Below the pieces are notes generated by a model that had not been told where the DNA came from, made no database searches, and saw only the letters and a program-made list of their open reading frames with translations. Positions 1-10,538 of a stretch of DNA of 34,077 nt are shown one piece after another. Position 1 is the stretch's first letter, and each line of letters starts with the position of its first letter. Origin of the DNA: Myxococcales bacterium (GTDB lineage Bacteria; Myxococcota_A; UBA9042); the NCBI GenBank assembly GCA_037441385.1, contig JBBISH010000067.1, forward strand, positions 1-34,077, given 5' to 3'. The translations under genes were made by a program, and so were the position numbers.

Positions 1-595
1 CCTTGCCCCCATACTGCGGCACCTTGAGATCCGGCCCCCGCAACCACCCACACTCGCCGTTGCAGTAGCACGAATACGGCGGCGGGCAGTCGCAGCACTC
101 GGTGCCAAAGCTGACCGGCTGCGGCGGGCCTTTGCCGCACCCGGTGACCACGTTGGCTGGCAGCAGCGGCCCAACGTCGAGCAAAAGCGTAGCGCCATCG
201 GGTGGGTACACGGCGTCGCCGCTGCAGTCGTCCGACGGTTCGGTCAGGTTGGTGTCGATCCACGGCAGGGCGTCTGGGATCGGCTTGGTCGTATCGGCGG
301 GCGGGGTGTCGGGGACGGTGTCGGGGACGTCCGCGAGTTCGGTGTCGGTGGCGGCGTCGTCGGCTGGGGTGTCGGGCACGTCCGCAGGCTCAGTGTCGGC
401 GTCTTCAGCCGGGGTGTCGGGGCTGGTGTCGTCGGCCTTGGCGTCGCCGGGCACATCCGCAGCGTCTACGGCGTCTTGCAGGGCATCCTTGGCCGCAACT
501 GCATCCGCCGACGCGGGCCGCTGACCGGAGCTGCCGCAGGCGGCCATGGCCAAACAAAGAGCAAACAGGACGATCTCAGTTCGCAGTGTGTGCAT
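1..595 (-). CDS. Lipoprotein with Asp/Thr/Pro-rich linker and Cys-rich region (3' end outside window)
   Basis: Manual translation from ATG at 595, with a purine-rich GGAAGGGGG upstream, is open to the window edge: MHTLRTEIVLFALCLAMAA-C-GSSG (lipobox), then a DTP/DA-rich linker, then ECCDCPPPYSCYCNGECGW. Not in the ORF track. Confidence 0.8.
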   Translation of the reverse strand, partial: MHTLRTEIVLFALCLAMAACGSSGQRPASADAVAAKDALQDAVDAADVPGDAKADDTSPDTPAEDADTEPADVPDTPADDAATDTELADVPDTVPDTPPADTTKPIPDALPWIDTNLTEPSDDCSGDAVYPPDGATLLLDVGPLLPANVVTGCGKGPPQPVSFGTECCDCPPPYSCYCNGECGWLRGPDLKVPQYGGK

Positions 596-750
596 CGAGC
601 ACCCCCTTCCCGGAAGCCTATGGTGGGCTGGGGCGGTGGTCAACGGCGAGATGCATGTGTCACGTGAATCCACCGTCCACCGACCGCCGCCGATGGATCA
701 GCGATGCGTCTCATGCCTGGAAAGGCTGCCTTGTCGGAGGCCGCTGGTCC

Positions 751-930
751 CCCTCACCCGGCCGGCGGTGCCGTCCACCCTCCAACGCATTTGGCGAGGG
801 GCAACGCAATTTCCCTTTACCCCTCGCCCACTTCAGTGGGAGAGGAGGGGTCCCCGCGGTGAGCGAAGCGAGCGAGCCGTGACTCAATTTCACGGCGAGA
901 GCGGGGTCGGCCGTAGGCCGGGGGTGAGGG
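751..930. repeat. Structured intergenic REP/boxC-like element
   Basis: Terminal inverted repeat ccctcacccggcc (751-763) / ggccgggggtgaggg (916-930). Internal hairpins cctcgcccac-ttca-gtgggagagg (822-845), gccgtga-N7-tcacggc (876-896), ccccgc/gcgggg (852-906) and cggcc-gta-ggccg (908-920). Confidence 0.6.
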
Positions 931-1066
931 CCATTCGACGCGGAGCGAGAGCAAGCAACCGGCAAGGCAGGCTCTGCACCTGCAAGCTGTTCAGCGCGTT
1001 GGACATGAACCACACGCCCTTGCGAGGGGCAGCGTTCTGCTATCCACACTCACGGCCCAAAGATTT

Positions 1067-2104
1067 TCAGAAGGGCGACGCCAACGCCAGGCCAGCAGTC
1101 CCCGGACCAAGCTGGGGAACCAGGGTCACGCGTGCTGGCGTCCCGTCGCTCGTCAACGCACCCCACACGCCCAAACCCACCCCCACGGCGAGCGCCGACC
1201 AGCCCGCATAGGCCAGGTTGTCCTTGGCGCCCTTGTCGGTAAAGTAGGCGTCGGGATTCGACTTGTACTCGCCTTTGTTGGCGCGATCGTTCACGTCTTG
1301 CGCACCCAGGTAGCCCAGCGTGCCCAGGACTGCGCCGCCAATCACCAACACACCGCCACTGATGAGCAAGGTGGTTCGCAGCGTTGAACTGCCGTTGTTC
1401 GCGACCGGGGGCGGCAGCACGGGTGGCTGCTTGTCTTGCACCACGGGCGTCGGGTTCTGGGGCAGGCCAACGCCGTCTGGCTTGACGGGATCCTTGGGCT
1501 GTTGCGCCGCCAAGCGTTGCGCCTTCAAGGCCGCCACGCGCTGCGACGCGCGCCGGGCTCCGGCCTCTGCCGCTTGCCGATCGCCGTCGGTGGCCGCGCG
1601 CACCCGCGCCAATTCCCACAGTTCGCTCGCGTGCTGCACCGCGGCTTCGTCGTCCAAGTCTTCCCACAGTTGTGCGGCCTCGCCTTCCAGCCGGCCCTGC
1701 GGGAAACGCGCGAGCGCCGCGTCCAACGCTTCGGCCACTTGCCGCGGGGTCGCCCGGCGGAGTGGCTCGACGAACTCCATGATCGAAGCACGGTGCTCGG
1801 GATTCGTCTCGATTTTCAGGTACATTTCCAGCAAGACCAGCGCGCGCTTCCAGTGGCCAACCTGCTGCCACGCCCGACCGGCGTAGCGCAAGTTCTTGGG
1901 GTCGCTGGGGTCCAGCTGCGCCGCCTTCTCGAAGGCCCGCGCCGCGCCCAGGAAGTCGCCCTTGTTGAATGCTTCCGCGCCCTTCTTGGCCCAAGCCTTG
2001 GGATCCTCGGCAGCCGCAAAGGCCGTGGCCGGCGCGACGAGCACGGCCGCCGACTGCGCGAGCAGTACCCAGGCGGTCAGCGTGCGAACAGCGGCAAGAC
2101 GCAT
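1067..2104 (-). CDS. Exported tetratricopeptide-repeat protein with Gly-rich hydrophobic C-terminus
   Basis: N-terminal signal peptide (…APATAFA). TPR motifs (KGAEAFNKGDFLGAARAFEKAAQLDP, YAGRAWQQVGHW…ALVLLEMYL), Pro-rich linker, two hydrophobic Gly-rich segments, terminal Phe. Starts 21 bp after the kinase stop. Confidence 0.85.
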   Translation of the reverse strand: MRLAAVRTLTAWVLLAQSAAVLVAPATAFAAAEDPKAWAKKGAEAFNKGDFLGAARAFEKAAQLDPSDPKNLRYAGRAWQQVGHWKRALVLLEMYLKIETNPEHRASIMEFVEPLRRATPRQVAEALDAALARFPQGRLEGEAAQLWEDLDDEAAVQHASELWELARVRAATDGDRQAAEAGARRASQRVAALKAQRLAAQQPKDPVKPDGVGLPQNPTPVVQDKQPPVLPPPVANNGSSTLRTTLLISGGVLVIGGAVLGTLGYLGAQDVNDRANKGEYKSNPDAYFTDKGAKDNLAYAGWSALAVGVGLGVWGALTSDGTPARVTLVPQLGPGTAGLALASPF

Positions 2105-2125
2105 ATCCTCTCCTTGGCGATCCGT

Positions 2126-4036
<1,911 letters not shown>

Positions 4037-4305
4037 CGTTCGCCCTGGCGACGGTGCAACCGCCGACGTGGTGCTCTTGCGTGTCTGTCCGTGGCGCGGG
4101 CAGACCTCTGTTTCCGTGACATACCGCCAAATGGGCTCTGGCGCAAGCCGAAGCCATTGGACGCACACCCCGCGGCGGCGGTCCGGTGCGGCGGCCCGCG
4201 CCCTTGATTAGCCGCCTGAATTGGGCGCATCCTAGCTGGCGCGACGGGCACGGTGCGCATCCCGCCGCAGCAGTGGCTCCGTCACCTGGGGCATGGGGAT
4301 CAAGG

Positions 4306-6975
4306 ATGCGGATCATCGACTTGGCTACGGCTTTGGCCATTGCCGCGGGCACGTGCGCGGGCGCGCTGGCCTGCCAACCGCAGACGTTGGACCGCAGCGC
4401 ACTGAGTGGGACGGTGAGCGGGACGGTGAGCGGGTCAGACGCCCAGGACACGGCGGGCGACAGCGATGCCGGCGGGGACTCGGCGAGCGACTCGACCGCG
4501 ACCGACACGGCTCCGGCCGACCAGCAGGCCGACAGCGCCCCAGACCAAAGCGTGGACGCGGCAGAGACTTCGGTTGACTCCGGGGTGGACGCGGAACCAG
4601 TGGACGTGTTGCCGGCCTGCAAAAAGGACACGGACTGCCCGGTCAAGCCGTGCCAGAAGGGAAGCTGCACAACCAACGGCTGCACATACACGCCCGCGGC
4701 GGACAAGAGCGGCTGCGACGACGGCGACGAGTGCACGCTGGGTGAGCACTGCGAGGCCGGGGCCTGCATCGCCGGGACAGTCAAGATCTGCGAGTGCGTG
4801 AGCGACTTGGACTGCCTCGAACTCTCGAACATCTGCACCGGACCCATGAAATGTGACCTGAAGACCCACAAGTGCAGCGACGTGGGTATGGGCGTCGCGT
4901 GCCCGGACGCCAGCCCAAAGGATTGCGTCGAGTCGTATTGCGACCCGACCGCCACCACGATTGTCAAGGCGTGCAAGACCAAGCCGCTGGCAGACAAGAC
5001 GCTGTGCGACGACGGAATCTCCTGCACAATCAACGACTACTGCATGGGCGGCAAGTGCATCTTTGAGGCCAAGGCCTGCGCTTGCCTGACCACCAAGGAC
5101 TGCGAGGCCGTGACCGTCAAACCCGACGACCTCTGCACCGGCGTGTACTACTGCGCGCCCGACTACACGTGCAAGAAGACGGCACCGGTGGTGTGCGAGC
5201 CAAGCGACAACCCATGCCTGACCAACGTGTGCGACCCCAAGACCGGCAGCTGCAAGCCCACGCCCGTGCAAAAATACCCAACGGCTTGCGACGACAACAA
5301 CGACTGCACCAAGTCCGACGTCTGCGAAGTGACCGCGGAAGGGGTGTTCACGGGCAAATGCTCGTCGGGCACCAACACCTGCAAGTGCGTCACCAACGCG
5401 GACTGCGCCGCCTGGGAAGACGGGGACAAATGCAATGGCACGCTGTACTGCGACCCGTTCAAGGGCGAATGCGTGGTCAACGACAAGACCAAGGTCAACT
5501 GCCCGCAAAACTTTGACAACGCCTGTGCCAAGCGCATCTGCGACAAGAAGACAGGCGTTTGTCAGGACTGGCCCATCGAGCTCTTGACTCAAATTTGCCC
5601 TGTTGGCAAGCCGGATTGCGGGGTCTACGTCCCGCTGGCGGCGGGGATCAGCCCCACGCAAGTTCCATGCGAGGACGGCAACGTGTGCACCGCGTCGTCG
5701 GTCTGCCAAAAGGGCCAGTGCGCCGCGGAGTCTACATCCTACGTCTGCTCGTGCACGACGGACGCCGACTGCGCCGCCAAGGACGACGGCAACCTGTGCA
5801 ACGGCACCCTGATCTGCAACAAAAACAACGGCAGCTGCGAAATCAACCCCGCCACGGTCGTGGTTTGCCCCACGGTCGGCGACACGCAGTGCGCCAAGAA
5901 CCTCTGCAACCCCAAGACGGGCCTGTGCGAGCAAAAGGCGCTGGCCAACGGCCCCACGACCGTACTGTGCGAGGACGGCAACTCGTGCACGGTGTCGGAT
6001 TACTGCTTGCCAGACGGCTCGTGCAAATCGGGCCCGAACACGTGCATCTGCACCAGCGACAAGGACTGCAGCAAGGTAGACGACGGCAACTTGTGCAACG
6101 GCACCCTGTTCTGCAACTTGGCCGTCACGCCGCACGCGTGCGAAATCAACCCCGCCACCGTCAAGTACTGCACGCCGCAATTCAACAATCAATGCCGCAA
6201 AAACACGTGCCAGCCCGAGACCGGCGAATGCGCGATGGTCATCTCGGGCAACGGCATCCTGTGCGACGACGGCAACGCGTGCACCGAGTCGGACGTCTGC
6301 AAGGACGGCGAGTGCACGGCGGGCCCCAACACCTGCGTGTGCAACAACCAGACGGACTGCGCCAAGTTGGAAGACGGCAACCTGTGCAACGGCTCGCTGT
6401 ACTGCGACTTGGCCGTAACCCCGCACAAGTGCAAGGTCAACCCGGCCACGATCATCAGCTGCCCCACTGGCTCGGACACCGCGTGCCTGTTGAACCGCTG
6501 CGACCCGGCCACCGGCTTGTGCAACATGTTGCCCCCACAGGAGCTGTATGCGGTGTGCACCGACGACAACCCGTGCACCATCGGCGACGTGTGCATCGGC
6601 AGCAAGTGCGTGTCGGGCGCGAACATCTGCGGTTGCAGCCAGAAAACCGACTGCGCCGCCTTTGACGATGGCAACCCGTGCAACGGCGAGATGAGTTGCG
6701 TAGAGAAAACCTGCGCCGTTCCACCCACTTCGGTCAAGACGTGCGAGGCGGGCGACACGTGCGTCAAGAACGTATGCGAGGCAGGCGCCAACATGACCAC
6801 CACCTGCAAGTCCGTGCCGATTGCAGGCGCGTGCGACGACAAGAACCCGTGCACCACCGACGCGTGCAGCAACGGCACCTGCTCGCACCAGGCCATCAAC
6901 GACAGCACAACCCCTTGCTCGATCGGCTCGCTGGCCAAGGTTTGCGTCCAGGGCGTGTGCGTCCTGAAACCGTGA
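4306..6975 (+). CDS. Cys-rich repeat lipoprotein (about 7 tandem ~98-aa units, 14 Cys each)
   Basis: ATG 4306; MRIIDLATALAIAAGTCAGALA-C lipobox; Asp/Ser/Thr-rich linker; repeated CxDGNxCT..DxC..GxC…CxC…DC…DDGNLCNG…C…INPAT…C…C..NxCxPxTGxC units. CDDxNxCTxD resembles Dictyostelium CTDC/myxobacterial Cys-rich repeats. Confidence 0.9.
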   Translation: MRIIDLATALAIAAGTCAGALACQPQTLDRSALSGTVSGTVSGSDAQDTAGDSDAGGDSASDSTATDTAPADQQADSAPDQSVDAAETSVDSGVDAEPVDVLPACKKDTDCPVKPCQKGSCTTNGCTYTPAADKSGCDDGDECTLGEHCEAGACIAGTVKICECVSDLDCLELSNICTGPMKCDLKTHKCSDVGMGVACPDASPKDCVESYCDPTATTIVKACKTKPLADKTLCDDGISCTINDYCMGGKCIFEAKACACLTTKDCEAVTVKPDDLCTGVYYCAPDYTCKKTAPVVCEPSDNPCLTNVCDPKTGSCKPTPVQKYPTACDDNNDCTKSDVCEVTAEGVFTGKCSSGTNTCKCVTNADCAAWEDGDKCNGTLYCDPFKGECVVNDKTKVNCPQNFDNACAKRICDKKTGVCQDWPIELLTQICPVGKPDCGVYVPLAAGISPTQVPCEDGNVCTASSVCQKGQCAAESTSYVCSCTTDADCAAKDDGNLCNGTLICNKNNGSCEINPATVVVCPTVGDTQCAKNLCNPKTGLCEQKALANGPTTVLCEDGNSCTVSDYCLPDGSCKSGPNTCICTSDKDCSKVDDGNLCNGTLFCNLAVTPHACEINPATVKYCTPQFNNQCRKNTCQPETGECAMVISGNGILCDDGNACTESDVCKDGECTAGPNTCVCNNQTDCAKLEDGNLCNGSLYCDLAVTPHKCKVNPATIISCPTGSDTACLLNRCDPATGLCNMLPPQELYAVCTDDNPCTIGDVCIGSKCVSGANICGCSQKTDCAAFDDGNPCNGEMSCVEKTCAVPPTSVKTCEAGDTCVKNVCEAGANMTTTCKSVPIAGACDDKNPCTTDACSNGTCSHQAINDSTTPCSIGSLAKVCVQGVCVLKP

Positions 6976-7117
6976 CAGTGCGGCTCATTGCCGGCGATCG
7001 TGCGGAACCGTTGATGGGCCGCACTTTGCTGCCGGGTGGGGCGCAAGTTCGCGTACGTGGTGCGACTCACCGCGCCGCTTGTCTCCGGGCGCGCCATCAT
7101 TGGATCCAAGAAGCACC

Positions 7118-8944
7118 GTGAGCTCCCTCGCCAAACCCACTGTTCCGTTTGCACGCCTGCTGCCGTGGCTCGGCGTGGTTGGCCTGCCCGTGCTGGTGTT
7201 TGGCGCGGTGGCGGGGTTCCAATTCGTCCACTACGACGACGACTACTACGTCTACGAAAACGCGAACGTGATGGCCGGCTTGTCGTTGAGTTCGCTGCGC
7301 TGGGCGTTTGCGGGTGCGCACTACGGCAACTACAACCCGCTGACGTGGCTGTCGCACTTGCTCGACGCGACGCTGTTTGGCGCGGCGCCGGCGGGGCATC
7401 ACCTGCATAACCTGGCGCTGCATCTGGCGAACTCGGCGTTTGTCCTGTTGCTGGCCCGGCGGGTGCTGCCGGCGGGAGCGGCGCTGTTCGCAGCGCTGAC
7501 CTTTGCGGTGCATCCGCAGCACGTGGAGTCGGTGGCGTGGGTGAGCGACCGCAAGGACCTGTTGGCGGGGCTGTGGGCGCTCGCGACGCTGGCGCTGCAC
7601 GGGCGGTGGGGGGCGCGGCGGCGATGGCGCGATTATGCAGGTACGGTGGGATGTTTTGCGGCCGCGATGCTGAGCAAGCCAACGGTGGTGACGCTGCCGC
7701 TGGTGCTGCTGCTGCTGGATGTGTGGCCGCTGCAGCGCTGGCAACCGCAGGCGCACCGGCAGAACCTGCGGCTGGTACTGGAGAAAGTCCCCATGCTGCT
7801 GCTGGCACTGCCGCTGCTGGTGTGGGCCAGCGAGGCCCAGCGCGAGCTGGGCGCGTGGGTCACCGAAGGGGCCCTGCCGTGGCCCTACCGGCTGGCGAGC
7901 GCGATCGTGGCCGTGGCCACCTATGCGGGCAAGTTGTGTTGGCCGGCGGGGTTGGCGGTGCACTATCCGCACCCCGGCTATCGGGTCGACCTGGCGCTGG
8001 TGACGGTTTCGGTCGCGGTGCTGGTGGGCGTGTCGGGGGCGGCGTGGCGGCTGCGGCGGTCGTTGCCGCTGCTGGCGGTGGGCTGGTTCAGCTACTTGGT
8101 GTTGATTGCCCCGGTGGCGGGCGTGGTGCAGTTGGGCAGCTCGGCGCGGGCCGACCGCTTTGTGTATTTGCCGCTGCTGGGGCTGATCCTGGCTATGGTG
8201 ACGGTGGCGGTGCACGGGCTGCAAGGCGCGGCGGTGCGCACGCGGTGGACCGTGGCTGGGTTGGCGGTGGCCGGGCAAGTGGCCGTGAGTGCTGCGATTC
8301 TGCCGGCCTGGAGCGACACCGAGTCGCTGATGCGGCGTGCGTGCGCGGTAACGGAGAACAACGCCCTGGCCCACACGGACTTGGGCATGGCCTTGGAGCG
8401 GCGCGGCGACCGCGCAGGTGCCGAGGTCGAGTATCAAAACGCCTTGCAGATCGAGCCGATGGATGCCCGCGCCAACAACAAGCTGGGCAACGCCGCCATG
8501 GCGCGGCGCGATCCCAAGGGCGCCGTGGCGTTCTACCAGCGTTCGGTACAGAGCGACCCCAGCGACTTGGGTGTGCTGGCCAACCTATCGATCGCTCAGG
8601 AGTTGTCGGGCAACTTGCCGGGCGCGGAGGCGACCCTGACCGCCCTGTTGGACCGGCAGCCCAAGGACCGAGCCGCCCGGCTGCGCCTGGCGAACGTGCT
8701 CTTGCAGCAAAAGCGTCTGGACCAGGCCCAGGCCCACTTGGATCTGGTGCTGCAGGGAGACGCGGCCGACCCTGAAGCCCTGGATGTGCTTGGCAATCTG
8801 CGATACCTGCAGGGGCAATTGCCGGCGGCGGCCAAGGCGTGGCAGGCGGGGCTTGCGGCGGCCAAGTCAGGCGGCAATGTGGCGATGGCGCAGCGACTGA
8901 ATGGCAAATTGGCGCAGCTCCAAGGGGGCGGCGCGGCGAAGTAG
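7118..8944 (+). CDS. TMTC-like GT-C membrane glycosyltransferase (putative protein O-mannosyltransferase) with C-terminal TPRs
   Basis: Motifs YDDDYYVYEN, YNPLTWLSHLLD, HLHNLALHLAN, FAVHPQHVESVAWVSDRKDLL, LSKP and ADRFVYLP; many TM helices; C-terminal TPRs (AHTDLGMAL…, ANNKLGNA…). Start uncertain (GTG 7118 or TTG 7079). Confidence 0.85.
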   Translation: MSSLAKPTVPFARLLPWLGVVGLPVLVFGAVAGFQFVHYDDDYYVYENANVMAGLSLSSLRWAFAGAHYGNYNPLTWLSHLLDATLFGAAPAGHHLHNLALHLANSAFVLLLARRVLPAGAALFAALTFAVHPQHVESVAWVSDRKDLLAGLWALATLALHGRWGARRRWRDYAGTVGCFAAAMLSKPTVVTLPLVLLLLDVWPLQRWQPQAHRQNLRLVLEKVPMLLLALPLLVWASEAQRELGAWVTEGALPWPYRLASAIVAVATYAGKLCWPAGLAVHYPHPGYRVDLALVTVSVAVLVGVSGAAWRLRRSLPLLAVGWFSYLVLIAPVAGVVQLGSSARADRFVYLPLLGLILAMVTVAVHGLQGAAVRTRWTVAGLAVAGQVAVSAAILPAWSDTESLMRRACAVTENNALAHTDLGMALERRGDRAGAEVEYQNALQIEPMDARANNKLGNAAMARRDPKGAVAFYQRSVQSDPSDLGVLANLSIAQELSGNLPGAEATLTALLDRQPKDRAARLRLANVLLQQKRLDQAQAHLDLVLQGDAADPEALDVLGNLRYLQGQLPAAAKAWQAGLAAAKSGGNVAMAQRLNGKLAQLQGGGAAK

Positions 8945-9034
8945 CCCCCGAGGCGGCGGCGAATTCCGCTGCGTATGCCACAGCCCCGCGGTCGCGCACT
9001 TGGCCGGATCGCCAAGGCGGTGTAGCGTTGCACT

Positions 9035-9823
9035 ATGGTCTTGCCGATTGATTTCTACTTCGACTTCTCTTGCCCCTATGCCTACCTGGCGAGCACCCAG
9101 CGCGCCTGGCTCGCCCGCGAGTCGGGGGCCGAAGTGCGCCTGCGCCCGTTCTTGCTGGGCGGGGTCTTTGCCGCGATTGGCCAGGCGCAAAACCTGGCGG
9201 CCACGCTCTCTCCCGCCAAGGCGCGCCACAACCGGCTGGACCTGATTCGCTGGGCGAGTTGGTTCGGGGTGGCACTGGCGCCGCCGCACCACCACCCGAT
9301 GCGGACGGTAGAGGCCCTGCGCTGCCTTCTGGCCGCCCCCGCCGAGGCCCGCGAACCGCTGACCGACGCATTTTTTGCCGCGTACTGGGTCCAGGGGCAA
9401 GACATCAGCGATTCCAAGGTGCTAGCCCATCTTCTGCAGGGCGCTGGTTTGGACGCGCCGGGTATCCTGGCCGCCGCCCAGACGGACGCGGTCAAGGCCG
9501 ACCTGCGACTGCGCACCGACGAGGCGCTGCGGGTGGGCGTGTTTGGCGCGCCGGCCTTTGTGGTGACCGATCAGCTATTTTGGGGCCAGGACCGCCTGCC
9601 GATGGTGGTCCGCGCGGCCCAGGGTTGGCGCCCGGATCCGGCGCTGGCCGATTTCCAGTTTGTCACTCCGGTTCCGTCCGAATCGGATCGAAAGCTCGGG
9701 CAATTCTTCGTGCCCGAATCGGGGTCCCCGGCTGATTCTCGCCAGTTGCAGACCGTGTCACAGAAACCGTACAGGCGTGAATCAGGTGGGGTGCGTATCA
9801 GCGAACCCAAGGAGCCCGCGTGA
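9035..9823 (+). CDS. 2-hydroxychromene-2-carboxylate isomerase / kappa-GST (DsbA-fold) family protein, copy 1, with ~60-aa C-terminal tail
   Basis: IDFYFDFSCPYAYLA, RPFLLGGVF, GVFGAPAFVV and LFWGQDRL motifs. Confidence 0.88.
   Translation: MVLPIDFYFDFSCPYAYLASTQRAWLARESGAEVRLRPFLLGGVFAAIGQAQNLAATLSPAKARHNRLDLIRWASWFGVALAPPHHHPMRTVEALRCLLAAPAEAREPLTDAFFAAYWVQGQDISDSKVLAHLLQGAGLDAPGILAAAQTDAVKADLRLRTDEALRVGVFGAPAFVVTDQLFWGQDRLPMVVRAAQGWRPDPALADFQFVTPVPSESDRKLGQFFVPESGSPADSRQLQTVSQKPYRRESGGVRISEPKEPA
9680..9750 (+). repeat. Dispersed degenerate structured repeat, copy A (inside the 3' tail of HCCA-isomerase copy 1)
   Basis: gaatcggat-N11-gcaattc followed by a 44-nt block ending in gttgca; that block matches copy B at 30/44 positions without gaps (hand alignment). 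Confidence 0.65.
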
Positions 9824-10452
9824 CCACCAAGCCCGCAAACACGGCCAAGACCGTCGAGTACTTCTACGATCTCTCGTCGCCGTACGCCTACCTGGCGCAC
9901 GAGGCCATCGAGCCCTTGGCCACGGCCCACGGCGCGCGGGTGGTTTGGCGCCCGTTCCTGCTGGGTGGGCTGTTCAAGGCCCTGGGCGGGCCGGTCGTGC
10001 CTATGGCGGTGGCGTCGCCGGCCAAGCAGGCGATTTTCTATGCCGATATTCTGCGTTGGGCCGAGGTGCGGAATCTGCCGATGCAGTGGCCCAGCCAGTT
10101 CCCGATGAACACCGTGCGGCCGCTGCGGGTGCTGTGCCAACTGGAAGGCGAGGCGCACGTCAAACTTGCCAAGCACCTGTTCAAGCAGTACTGGGCCCAC
10201 GACCGCAACATCGGCGACGCCGCCACGCTGCAGGCGATCCTGGACGAGCATGGGCTTGACGGCGCGGCGCTGCTCGCCGGCTGCGAGCGCCCCGAGGTCA
10301 AGGCCGCCCTGGTCGCCGGAACCGAGGAGGCCGAGCGGCGCGGGGCCTGTGGTGCGCCCAGTTTCTTTGTGGGCGAGTACCTGGTGTGGGGGCAAGACCG
10401 CTTGGAGTTCGTGGCGCGGCTGCTGGACGGGTGGCGGCCCAAGCACGGGTGA
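9820..10452 (+). CDS. 2-hydroxychromene-2-carboxylate isomerase / kappa-GST family protein, copy 2
   Basis: VEYFYDLSSPYAYLA, RPFLLGGLF, GAPSFFVG and WGQDRL motifs. GTG start overlaps the upstream TGA (GTGA); RBS AAGGAG at 9809-9814. Confidence 0.9.
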   Translation: MTTKPANTAKTVEYFYDLSSPYAYLAHEAIEPLATAHGARVVWRPFLLGGLFKALGGPVVPMAVASPAKQAIFYADILRWAEVRNLPMQWPSQFPMNTVRPLRVLCQLEGEAHVKLAKHLFKQYWAHDRNIGDAATLQAILDEHGLDGAALLAGCERPEVKAALVAGTEEAERRGACGAPSFFVGEYLVWGQDRLEFVARLLDGWRPKHG

Positions 10453-10453
10453 T

Positions 10454-10538
10454 GCCGAGTTCACCAGAATCGGATGGCGAAGACGCCGCAATTCGCCAGG
10501 CTCGAACCGGGGGCCCCGCTGGATTCGCACTCGTTGCA
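10454..10538 (+). repeat. Dispersed degenerate structured repeat, copy B (just after the stop of HCCA-isomerase copy 2)
   Basis: gccgagttc…gaatcggat-N12-gcaattc…cgaaccgggggccccg…gattc…gttgca; collinear with copy A. Confidence 0.65.

Noticed and set aside
5600..6700. Periodic DNA repeats here and at 24000-25450 as a CRISPR array or DGR template/variable pair
   Set aside because: The periods match protein repeats (~98 aa and 42 aa) inside open frames. There are no unique spacers, cas genes or reverse transcriptase.
4435..6888. 817-aa minus-strand ORF, plus other long shadow ORFs (12288-13817, 28181-30172, 32743-33987)
   Set aside because: They are antisense to well-supported genes, have no recognisable motifs, and such stop-free frames are expected in GC-rich DNA.
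8953..8972. Hairpin after the TMTC-like gene (and one at 23535-23591) as an intrinsic terminator
   Set aside because: The first lacks a U-tract and the second has an irregular stem separated from its T-run; both are too weak to call in GC-rich DNA.
9800..9830. Frameshifted fusion or TGA recoding between the two HCCA-isomerase genes
   Set aside because: A clear AAGGAG RBS and a GTGA start/stop overlap fit ordinary translational coupling.
9035..10452. DsbA-fold pair as disulfide catalysts for the Cys-rich lipoprotein
   Set aside because: Neither has a signal peptide or a CxxC motif; their motifs match the cytoplasmic kappa-GST/HCCA-isomerase class.
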